DNA from: an uncultured Candidatus Saccharibacteria bacterium
GTDB taxonomy: Bacteria; Patescibacteriota; Minisyncoccia; Phycocordibacterales; UBA9973
Direction: 5' to 3'
DNA: 64,000 bases
NCBI GenBank assembly: GCA_964544225.1
Contig: CAZIZK010000002.1
Coordinates: 69,452 to 133,451, forward strand
The position numbers were made by a program, and so were the translations under genes. The notes below the pieces were generated by a model, which searched no databases, was not told the DNA's origin, and worked only from the letters and a program-made list of their open reading frames with translations. This document shows, in pieces, positions 49,772 through 58,149 of the stretch. The first letter of the stretch is position 1; every line of letters starts with the position of its first letter.

Positions 49772-50860
49772 TTAGAATGGAATATCTAAAGGATCAATTT
49801 CTTCATTTTGAGTGTTAGGATCAGGTACATAATAAAATGTGTCTTTATTAATTTTATATGTTTCAATATATTTCTTTTTTATAGCTTCCCAATCTTCACT
49901 AGAAATATATCTGTCCTTTAAAGATGTTAGTAATAATTCAATTAAAGAAATATTATAATTACAAATTAATTTATAAAAATACTCATTAGATACTTTTATT
50001 CTGTCCTTTTCCGAATGTCGAACATCAAATATGCTGTTATTGAGTGTTTGGCATGTTTTTGCCATATCACTAATTATTACCATAAATTCCGCCTCCCTTT
50101 TTTCTTTTTCATCTGTGTTAACAACAATTAAGCTTACTAGGTCTTTTTTCAATCCATCTATAACATTCTTCTTTGATTCAGTTTCATCGCTAAAAATTAA
50201 TCCTAAAATCTCTGCAGATATTTTGGATGCATTTATGTAGTCATCTTCATCAAAGAAACTATAGTAAGAATTTATTTTTTCTGATAATTTAACATCTTTC
50301 AACTGAGATGCAATATTTCTCAAATCCTCTCCTTCGTTTTTAGTAATTAAGTCTTCTTTTATATAGTAATTAATTTTTTCTTCCTTAAAGATATTGTTAA
50401 TTCTATTAATGACATCTTTTCTTTGATTTGCTTTAGAAAAAAGAATAGTTGCTTCTAGTAAATCAAAAAGTATGAAATCATCGTAAACATCTTCCATAAT
50501 TTGTTTTTCATCATTACTAACAACTGATTCACCTTTAAATTTAAATGGGTAGTAATCAAAACTATCAGAAAATCTATACCCAAGTTCTGATTCAGAAAAA
50601 TCATCTATAAGTTTTTTGTTAAAGTAGTGGGCCTTGTCTTTTCTATTTTCAATTAGAATATATTTCTCTAAAAAAAGATCTGAGCTTGAAATAAATTTCA
50701 ATAGGGAAACTAATCTAATTCTTGTTTGAGAATTAATAATTTCATTCCTTTTCTGCCTATTTAAGTAACCTATTCTGGAATCTCTATTATTAACCGTGCT
50801 AGACCTATAAAAATTAGACGCAAATCCATCTCTTTTGTTTCTTTTTGAGAAAAGTTTCAT
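49772..50860 (-). CDS. Hypothetical AbiJ/HEPN-like protein with SSB-like C-terminal tail
   Basis: LFSKRN start, N..FDVRH motif, ends EEIDPLDIPF. Confidence 0.6.
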   Translation of the reverse strand: MKLFSKRNKRDGFASNFYRSSTVNNRDSRIGYLNRQKRNEIINSQTRIRLVSLLKFISSSDLFLEKYILIENRKDKAHYFNKKLIDDFSESELGYRFSDSFDYYPFKFKGESVVSNDEKQIMEDVYDDFILFDLLEATILFSKANQRKDVINRINNIFKEEKINYYIKEDLITKNEGEDLRNIASQLKDVKLSEKINSYYSFFDEDDYINASKISAEILGLIFSDETESKKNVIDGLKKDLVSLIVVNTDEKEKREAEFMVIISDMAKTCQTLNNSIFDVRHSEKDRIKVSNEYFYKLICNYNISLIELLLTSLKDRYISSEDWEAIKKKYIETYKINKDTFYYVPDPNTQNEEIDPLDIPF

Positions 50861-50861
50861 A

Positions 50862-51829
50862 TTAATAATTAGTTACTAATACCTCTGTAATTTTTCCGCG
50901 ACCTGTGCCTTTTGAGTTTATCGATCTGCCAGCTTCGATTTTATTGATTTTCACCTTCTTGTCTTTTAATTCAGAATAGATCTTATTTATAAAAGGTGTA
51001 TCTGAATTTGAAAGCATAACAAAACAACCTCTGTTATGGAGCTGATAAAATACATCCCTGAGTTCTATCTGTTCTTTATCAAGGAAAGAATCGGCAGTAT
51101 AAGCAGTAAATGAAGAAGTTTTGTTGATTGGGTAATATGGTGGGTCAAAGTATATAAAGTCCCCTTTTTTAGCTTTCTTTAACACATTTTTATAATCTCC
51201 ATGATTAATTGTCACTTTTTGTAAAGAAGCTGAGACTTTTTTAAGATTCACCTCATCACAGATAAGAGCATTTTTATTTAATCCAAAAGGGGTATTAAAT
51301 CCACCTTGTTTATTAACACGATACAGGCCATTGAAACATGTCCTGTTTAAATAAATAAACCTTGAAGCTATCTCTACCTCTGATAAATCTTTAATATTTT
51401 TTGCACGAATTTTTAGAAAATAATCTTTATTGTTTTTATGTTTTTTAAGAGTTCCAATCAATTCATCCACATTATTTTTTATAACATTATAGGTAACTAC
51501 TAGTTCATTATTTAAATCAGAAAGTATTGCTTTTTTAGGAAGTAGGTCAAAGAAAACAGCACCACCCCCTACAAATGGTTCAAAATATGTGTTCTTTAAT
51601 GCATCAAAACCTTCAGGAGGATAGAAACCTAAATCACGAAATTGTTTTAATAATTGTCTTTTGCCACCTACCCATTTTACAAAAGGTTTTGCTTTTTCAT
51701 TAATTATTTTTTTAATTTCTTCAGGAACAAACTTACCTTTTGTGTGGTGTAAAATATGTTGAGCAAAAATTGAATTTATATCAAAATCCTTTTGAATTTT
51801 TTTAGATATTTCGTGTGTTGTCATGCTCA
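50862..51829 (-). CDS. Dam/DpnM-family DNA adenine methyltransferase
   Basis: KWVGGK, EPFVGGGAV, FNGLYRVN, DPPY, SNS; start ATG 51829 or 51823. Confidence 0.93.
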
Positions 51830-51859
51830 TATATTTTAGCACAAAATATTGATTTTTAG

Positions 51860-52021
51860 TCAATTTAATTCCTTTAGCAAATCCTCATAATCAAGCGGCT
51901 CAGTGACCATTTCGACGAGGCCGTCGTTGGAGACTTTCCGTTCATTCTTTGGCCTGTCTACGTATATCTCTACCCCATTGTTGTCGGGGTCGCGTAGGTA
52001 GATGGCCTCGGACACGCCGTA
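51860..52021 (-). pseudogene. 5'-truncated VOC/glyoxalase (catechol-2,3-dioxygenase-like) gene fragment
   Basis: Reads YGVSEAIYLRDPDNNGVEIYVDRPKNERKVSNDGLVEMVTEPLDYEDLLKELN*; an in-frame TAA lies just upstream and the N-terminal part is missing. Confidence 0.8.
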
Positions 52022-52108
52022 AGGCAGTAATATTTAGGTATTTTCCAGAGCTGTGGATAAAGTGGCATAAAATGTTGACTTATATCCCAATAGTGATATA
52101 ATCTGCAT

Positions 52109-52167
52109 ATCACGAATGGAAGAGATCACCCTTTAAGGTTTTGTCCTTAAGGGGCCTTTTCTTTTTT
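52109..52167 (+). ncRNA. Candidate antisense small RNA overlapping the NYN gene 3' end
   Basis: TTGACT(52075)-16-TATAAT(52097) with TG extension; stem CCCTTTAAGG/CCTTAAGGGG then a T tract. Confidence 0.55.
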
Positions 52168-52644
52168 ATACGCCAATTTATTCTGTAAGTCATTCATAAA
52201 TCTTAGATAGGGCTTTACATAATGCATCTTTAAAAGTGCTGAAAACCTGAGTTTGTTTGGTATTAAAACAGCCTGAAGCTTTTCTTTTTCTATAAAGTAG
52301 TTTATTAGGCAATGAAAATCTCCATCACCACTGACAATAATAGCTTTATCGAAATTCATGTATTCTATCATTGATTGTAAAACAAGCTCGGCATCACAAT
52401 TACCCTTGGTGGTTCCATCTTTATGTTTTAGTGTGGGTTTAAAAATACAGATAAATCCAGCTTCTTGTAAAGATGTATATAAAAGATTATTCCCTTCTAT
52501 ATAACCAATAAATAAAAAGGCTTTTGTAACCCCATATTTTTCAGTTAAGTATACACGGAATCTTTTGAAGTCTAACTTCCAACCAAGCCCTTGAATCCCA
52601 AGGTTTAAATTTTGACTATCTATAAAAGCATAGTTGTTGCTCAT
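52147..52644 (-). CDS. NYN-domain (PIN-like, LabA/DUF88) ribonuclease
   Basis: AFIDSQNL, KGNCDAELV, SGDGDF acidic motifs. Confidence 0.92.
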   Translation of the reverse strand: MSNNYAFIDSQNLNLGIQGLGWKLDFKRFRVYLTEKYGVTKAFLFIGYIEGNNLLYTSLQEAGFICIFKPTLKHKDGTTKGNCDAELVLQSMIEYMNFDKAIIVSGDGDFHCLINYFIEKEKLQAVLIPNKLRFSALLKMHYVKPYLRFMNDLQNKLAYKKEKAP

Positions 52645-52735
52645 ATAAATATTTTACCATAAACTTTAAATGTAATATAATAGATATATTATGAAAGAGA
52701 CCCTTGTATAGGTACGCCTATACCGGGGGCTTTTT

Positions 52736-52975
52736 TTATAATAAATTATCTATCCCGCCGCCGTCGGTGACATGGGTAAAGCCATTCTCTGCCAGCATGT
52801 TGCAGGCCATCATGGATCGGTTGCCCGATTCGCAATACACTACTATCTCGGCACCCTTTTCTATATCAGGGAACTTGCCATACATCATGTCCATAATGTC
52901 GTGATGTATCGCACCGTCTACACAGCCACAATCATACTCGCCTTTTGTTCGCACATCTAAAATATACCTAGTCAT
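52736..52975 (-). CDS. Single-domain rhodanese
   Basis: LDVRT..EY, YCESGNRS, GGG; start moved to ATG 52975. Confidence 0.9.
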   Translation of the reverse strand: MTRYILDVRTKGEYDCGCVDGAIHHDIMDMMYGKFPDIEKGAEIVVYCESGNRSMMACNMLAENGFTHVTDGGGIDNLL

Positions 52976-53044
52976 ATAGCTATTATACCACAATAAAAAA
53001 GAACCCTTTTACCAGACAGCGACCCGGTCGCTGGTTGGTTTGAC

Positions 53045-53113
53045 CCCGTTAGAAGCCGCCCTCTTTAGTAAAAGAGTGCTACGGTCACCTTGGGGCGACC
53101 TGCTTCTAACGGG
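53045..53113. mobile_element. Miniature inverted-repeat element, copy 3 (69 bp)
   Basis: Ends CCCGTTAGAAGC/GCTTCTAACGGG; flanked by direct repeat GTTTGAC (53038-53044, 53114-53120). Confidence 0.75.
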
Positions 53114-53166
53114 GTTTGACAATAGGGTTATTTAGGAGTACTTTTAAAAGAAAAAGGAGGTAAATT

Positions 53167-53751
53167 ATGTTCCAAAAAACAATTTTTCTAGGCTTGTTGG
53201 ATCAATACGCAGATGTATTTTCCCACAAAGAAGATGATGGCGACTTGGTTATAAATCTGAAGGACAATGTAAAGAAACGCATTTTTGAAAGATTCTGGCA
53301 AGAATTTATCGACCTTGCGTGGTTGATAGGGCTAAAGAATACAAAAGTGAATGTGGAGTTGCGTTACAAATCAAAATCAGCTTCTGATATAGGTGATTAT
53401 TATCTAACAGGTAAAATTATATCACTTAAAAATGAATTATTTGTAGATTCTTATACTTCAATCTTTATGGATACTAATCAAATGCAATCCATGTCTGTAA
53501 GGAGGAATACTCTTGATTCAAATGATGATCTGATAGTTGATTATAAGTTAAATAATCATTTAGAGGATCAGGTGCGAATTTTCTGGAGTTTAGAGCCCCT
53601 AAGTGACATTGAAAGGTTTGATTGTATATTAAAAGAAGTAGAAAATGAATTTATTTCTCATACTAATAATCGTGCCTATTATCAGATCGGACTGGCTATA
53701 CCGATCTATAAAATAAAACGCCTTCGGTTCTATTCCATATACGAAGAATAG
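53167..53751 (+). CDS. Hypothetical protein (orphan)
   Basis: 194-aa ORF with AAGGAGG Shine-Dalgarno, TTGACA promoter and terminator at 53767-53807. Confidence 0.7.
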   Translation: MFQKTIFLGLLDQYADVFSHKEDDGDLVINLKDNVKKRIFERFWQEFIDLAWLIGLKNTKVNVELRYKSKSASDIGDYYLTGKIISLKNELFVDSYTSIFMDTNQMQSMSVRRNTLDSNDDLIVDYKLNNHLEDQVRIFWSLEPLSDIERFDCILKEVENEFISHTNNRAYYQIGLAIPIYKIKRLRFYSIYEE

Positions 53752-53812
53752 TAACCACTAAATTTTAAAAAAGCTTTACAGGTTATATAGACCTGTAAAG
53801 CTTTTTTTATTT

Positions 53813-54337
53813 TTAATACAGCTTTAGCTCTTTGCGGAGGGCTTTATAATCGGGTATATACGTGGCTACAAGGCCCCAGAAGCGTGCTGAATGGTTCATC
53901 TGGGCTAAGTGGCATAGTTCGTGTACTACTAGGTAATCCTGCAAATTTTCAGGCAAGAAAAGTATTTTATAATTGAAGTTCAAGTTCTTCTTGCCACTAC
54001 AGCTTCCCCACCTGGTGGACTGGTTCTTGATAGATATCTTGCCGATATCGTATTGATAAAATTGGTTATAATACTCTACCCTACTCATCGCAAGCTTCAG
54101 AGCCTCATCCTTGTACGCTCGATAATCTTGTTTGTTGTGGTGGGCTAGTAATCTGGTTGGCCGAGCAGACATCTCTGATACTTTAGCTGTGATCCACGCA
54201 CTCTTCCTATGTACGAGTAATTTTATATATGCGAGTGGAACGCGAAGTGGCTTTGTGATAGTCACAAAGCCACTGTCGTCTACACGAATCGTGATACGTT
54301 TCGATTTCTTATTTGATTTAACTTTATATTCAATCAA
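53813..54337 (-). CDS. YgjP/DUF45 (M48-like) zinc-dependent hydrolase
   Basis: RWGSCS, YLVVHELCHL, NHSARFW. Confidence 0.9.
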   Translation of the reverse strand: MIEYKVKSNKKSKRITIRVDDSGFVTITKPLRVPLAYIKLLVHRKSAWITAKVSEMSARPTRLLAHHNKQDYRAYKDEALKLAMSRVEYYNQFYQYDIGKISIKNQSTRWGSCSGKKNLNFNYKILFLPENLQDYLVVHELCHLAQMNHSARFWGLVATYIPDYKALRKELKLY

Positions 54338-54347
54338 ATCGTATTTA

Positions 54348-55010
54348 TTACTTCAAACTGATACTCTCCAATATTACAGGCTTTACTGGGCGGTCATTTG
54401 GGCCTGTTGCAACATTGTTGATAGCTGTTACTACGTCCATACCGGCTGTTACCTTGCCAAATACTGTGTGCTTTGTATCAAGGAAATTGTTCGGAGCAAC
54501 GTTGACGAAGAATTGGCTACCGTTTGTATTTGGGCCAGAGTTGGCCATTGATATAGTGCCTACATCGTTGCGGTTTGTAGATGTCAATTCATCGTCGAAC
54601 TTGTACCCTGGGCCACCTGTACCCCAATAATCAGCCCTGCTGTCATCCTTTGTCAGTGGGTCGCCACCTTGGTTCATAAAGCCTTTTATAACACGGTGGA
54701 ACTTTGTGCCGTTGTAGAAGCCCTCCTTTGCTAATTTGGTAAAGTTGTCCACTGTGCGTGGTGTTGTGTTACTAAACTCGATAGTGATGTCGCCCATGTT
54801 TGTGTGTAATGTTGCTTGCATAATCTTCTTGTTATTTACTTCTTTATTAATAATTGTTTTATCGCCTGCGTCTGTCGCCTGTGTTGTATTGTCTAATAAT
54901 TGATTGATATCTTGGTTATTTACATTGTCGGACTGTTTATTCCTAATAGCAAAGTAAGCCATACCACCTATTACTAATAATATAATAATACCTATTAAAA
55001 CTTTTTTCAT
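54348..55010 (-). CDS. Cyclophilin-type peptidyl-prolyl isomerase with N-terminal membrane anchor
   Basis: FHRVIKGFMNQGGDP, MANSGPNTNGSQFF, HTVFGKV. Confidence 0.95.
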   Translation of the reverse strand: MKKVLIGIIILLVIGGMAYFAIRNKQSDNVNNQDINQLLDNTTQATDAGDKTIINKEVNNKKIMQATLHTNMGDITIEFSNTTPRTVDNFTKLAKEGFYNGTKFHRVIKGFMNQGGDPLTKDDSRADYWGTGGPGYKFDDELTSTNRNDVGTISMANSGPNTNGSQFFVNVAPNNFLDTKHTVFGKVTAGMDVVTAINNVATGPNDRPVKPVILESISLK

Positions 55011-55056
55011 AAGAAGATTATATCATAAAATAAAAGAAAAACAGGCCATAGGCCTG

Positions 55057-55122
55057 TTACTTCTTTACTACCTTCTTTGGCTTCTTTGTCTCCTTCTTCT
55101 GCCTGTTATCACCTTTTCCCAT
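55057..55122 (-). CDS. 21-aa lysine-rich microprotein (absent from the ORF track)
   Basis: MGKGDNRQKKETKKPKKVVKK*; upstream TGTGGTATAAT; hairpin AACAGGCC/GGCCTGTT plus T tract downstream. Confidence 0.65.
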   Translation of the reverse strand: MGKGDNRQKKETKKPKKVVKK

Positions 55123-55217
55123 ATAATTATTTAAAATTAACTTTTAATATATTTATTATACCACAAAATAAAAAACACAGATGATAGAATCTGTGTTTTT
55201 TACTAAACGAATGTTTA

Positions 55218-55475
55218 TTATGAAAGATGCTTTGAAACGAGCTTTGTCATTTCGAACATGTTTACTACAGCCTTGCCACCGAATACCTTCTTTAGGTTTT
55301 CATCGGCTACGATGTTACGCTTTGCCTTTGGATCTTGAAGGCCATGCTTCTTGATGTATACCCACAATGCCTTTACTACCTCTGAGCGTGGCATTGGACC
55401 CTTACCTACAACCGCTGCCAATTCCTCACTTATCTTCATTGGCTTCATAAATGCTGATACCTTTTTTTCTGCCAT
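55218..55475 (-). CDS. SWIB/MDM2 domain protein
   Basis: SEELAAVVG, RSEVVKALWVYIK.H.LQD, MFEMTKLVSKHL. Confidence 0.93.
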   Translation of the reverse strand: MAEKKVSAFMKPMKISEELAAVVGKGPMPRSEVVKALWVYIKKHGLQDPKAKRNIVADENLKKVFGGKAVVNMFEMTKLVSKHLS

Positions 55476-55580
55476 AATATATTATTACCACCCGAAGGTG
55501 TTTTAGTTACTTAATAATCTTACCTATCTATTATACCATACAATAATAAAAATGTAGCAATACCCCTAGGGGGAAATCGT

Positions 55581-56342
55581 TTATTTATACTCGGCCTTCA
55601 AAACACTCGCAAGTTCCGACAATGGTAGTGATACCTCGATATTGCCGTATACATATGGTGCGATCTGGTATTGCTGGAATATTATTGTAATATTTGCCCC
55701 ATCAATCATGAATGCAGAATAGTTGTCGGCTGTAGGTGCGGTGCCGTCAGTGAACCATTCAGAAGCGATGGCCTCTTTATAATCGGTATTGGACTTTATC
55801 TTTGCTACGACTTTGTTGGCCAGAGTTTGTAACCCAACACTTGGGTTGGTAAACAAGTCTGACACCCCTATTTGCTTGCCATTTGCATTGAATGTATAAG
55901 TCTGTACTAGGTTGCCACCATGTGCCCCACCGGTAAAGTTGTATATATCGAGCTTGTGAGTTAATAAAGCACTGGAGTGCGAAGTAGCATAGCTAATATT
56001 CATGGTGTATTCCCTATCCTTATCCAGATTCATAGTGGCCATGTCCTCGGCACTAGTGTCGGTAAAGTCATTGTCCTTTTTGAATACTTCGATCTGTTCG
56101 CGTACCTTGCCCTCCACATACGAAGCACCCACTCCGGTAGTTGGATATGTGGCAGTTATGTCTAGGTACTCTATCGAAGTATCGCGAATATCTTTGGTCT
56201 TTATCTGGGTGCCGTCAATATTTACTGGAGTCGGTAGCGTGTCTTGGACTGGATTGTTATAAAATGATCGGTATTTGTAAATCACAATACCCAAGACGAT
56301 GATGACGATGAGTATAAATGTTTTATTATTTTTCCTTCGCAT
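55581..56342 (-). CDS. DUF4163/DUF3298 (RsiV/PdaC-like) exported protein
   Basis: TM anchor, FTGGAHG, FQQYQIAPY..G. Confidence 0.85.
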   Translation of the reverse strand: MRRKNNKTFILIVIIVLGIVIYKYRSFYNNPVQDTLPTPVNIDGTQIKTKDIRDTSIEYLDITATYPTTGVGASYVEGKVREQIEVFKKDNDFTDTSAEDMATMNLDKDREYTMNISYATSHSSALLTHKLDIYNFTGGAHGGNLVQTYTFNANGKQIGVSDLFTNPSVGLQTLANKVVAKIKSNTDYKEAIASEWFTDGTAPTADNYSAFMIDGANITIIFQQYQIAPYVYGNIEVSLPLSELASVLKAEYK

Positions 56343-56350
56343 ATATTTGT

Positions 56351-56794
56351 TTATTGAGTTGGGACTATCTCGTTAGTTGTATTGAGTTCTTTATTGTTGG
56401 CCCAAGTGTTTACCTGCTTTGTAACTTCGTCGGCGACAGCCTTCTTTGCTTTGTCTTCGACAACATCTTTGGCACCAGTGATACTGTCTACACCCTTGAA
56501 GCTATTGATAAAGTCGGTAATGCCTGGAGTCTGTGATACAGGGTTTAGATTGTTAGTCTTGAAGAATTGCGAGAATATACTTCCGCCACTACTCGGAACT
56601 ATCTTGTGCCAATACACAAGTACTGTTGTCTTTACATAATTTATATTCTTGTTTAGTTGAGGGTTCTTTGTGATTGAAGCCAGATCATAGCGGAATAATA
56701 TAAATATAATACCAATGATAATGATCAAGGGTAACAGATTGATCCGAGAACCTGATTGGTGATTATGATTGTGTTGTGTGTTCTCCTCCTCCAT
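56351..56794 (-). CDS. Hypothetical single-TM protein
   Basis: 147-aa ORF with one TM helix, in line with its neighbours. Confidence 0.7.
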   Translation of the reverse strand: MEEENTQHNHNHQSGSRINLLPLIIIIGIIFILFRYDLASITKNPQLNKNINYVKTTVLVYWHKIVPSSGGSIFSQFFKTNNLNPVSQTPGITDFINSFKGVDSITGAKDVVEDKAKKAVADEVTKQVNTWANNKELNTTNEIVPTQ

Positions 56795-56812
56795 ATATTT
56801 TTATTATATCAA

Positions 56813-58129
56813 TTAATCTGTTCCGCTACCACTCTTCTTCATACCTGCTGTTGTCTTCGGGAAATACAGCATTGGGTCTAGATACGCAGCTGTCGCAGCC
56901 AATGGCATGATAAATGTCTTGCCACTGCATGAGATGCTAGGCTTTGTCTGCACTGATGCACCGTCAGATGCATATACTGTGACATGTAGGTGTGGCCCTG
57001 TAGAATGCCCAGTGTTGCCAGATAGCCCTACCACATCACCAGCTACGACTTTGTCACCAGCTTTGGCTTGGATACTAGATAGGTGGCCAAATGTACTAGA
57101 CAAGCCGTTGTTGTACTCTATAAATACCCACTTGCCAAATGATGCACCCTTGCAGTACTGGTCAGTGTCACCCACACCGAGCACTGTACCAGTGCCCATA
57201 GCCTTTACAGGTGTACCCACAGATGCACGAAAGTCTACACCACTGTGGCTACCAGATGTATACAACCTTTTCGAAGCAGTTGTTTTACCAAATAATTGAG
57301 TGATAACAATATTGTCCAATGGCCACGCCAAAGGTGCTGAACCAATAGTTGGAAGCAATTTATTATTTAATATGAACTTGATCTGCGATTCATAATCACG
57401 GATCTCCTTTTCGAATGCGTCGCGCTTCTTTTGACTCTCGGCTAGTAGGCGCTGATATTCTGATTCTTTATTTTTTGTAGCTTTTAGTAATTTATCCTTT
57501 TCGGCTTTACTGATCTCTACAGCCTTTTGGCTAAGGGTTAGGTCGTTCTGCAATTTGGTCAATTTCGCCTTCTCCTCCTCCTTTTGTTCCTTTGCCTTTT
57601 CTACTACTACCACTGCGCTCTTTACGTTGCCGATAAAGTTGTTGATATTGTTCGCTAGGGATATCCTGTTGTTGTATTCCTTTGCTACATCACTGAATGT
57701 GTCGAGCGTTAGTAAGTGTTCAGTAACAGAAGTATTGTCCTGTTGGTACAAGTCGTACAAGGCCTTCTTCATAGCGGTCTTTGTGACATCTATGTTCTGG
57801 TTCTTCTGATTGATATCGGCAGACAAGTTCTGAATCACAGCACCTGTTAATTTAATCTTGCTTGATGTTTGCTTTACCTGGGCTTGGAGTTTGCTACGTG
57901 TAGCTGACAATTCGCGGATACGGGCGGAGAGAGTGTTCTTCTCCTCTTGAGTCTGGCTGATCTGGCCCTGGTATTGGGATATCTGTTTATCAAGCTCGGC
58001 TATCTGCTGGTTCATGGTAGCTATCTGTTGCTCTAGAGATTCCTTTGTAGCAGTAGGTGTCGCAGCAAAAGAAACATTTGTAAATGTAATACAAATGAGA
58101 GTTATAGATAAAATTAAAAATCTACGCAT
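56813..58129 (-). CDS. Coiled-coil M23 peptidase (EnvC/MepM-like murein hydrolase)
   Basis: Signal peptide, coiled coil, HSGVD, GNTGHSTGPHLH. Confidence 0.92.
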   Translation of the reverse strand: MRRFLILSITLICITFTNVSFAATPTATKESLEQQIATMNQQIAELDKQISQYQGQISQTQEEKNTLSARIRELSATRSKLQAQVKQTSSKIKLTGAVIQNLSADINQKNQNIDVTKTAMKKALYDLYQQDNTSVTEHLLTLDTFSDVAKEYNNRISLANNINNFIGNVKSAVVVVEKAKEQKEEEKAKLTKLQNDLTLSQKAVEISKAEKDKLLKATKNKESEYQRLLAESQKKRDAFEKEIRDYESQIKFILNNKLLPTIGSAPLAWPLDNIVITQLFGKTTASKRLYTSGSHSGVDFRASVGTPVKAMGTGTVLGVGDTDQYCKGASFGKWVFIEYNNGLSSTFGHLSSIQAKAGDKVVAGDVVGLSGNTGHSTGPHLHVTVYASDGASVQTKPSISCSGKTFIMPLAATAAYLDPMLYFPKTTAGMKKSGSGTD

Positions 58130-58149
58130 GTATACAGTATACTATATTT

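Noticed and set aside
52120-52165. Hammerhead ribozyme at the NYN 3' end
   Set aside because: No CUGAnGA core is present on either strand; it is treated as a plain stem-loop.
38292-53113. GTTAGAA/TTCTAAC ends as integron attC sites
   Set aside because: The order is the reverse of attC (RYYYAAC...GTTRRRY), the copies have flanking direct repeats and lie at gene starts, and no integrase is visible.
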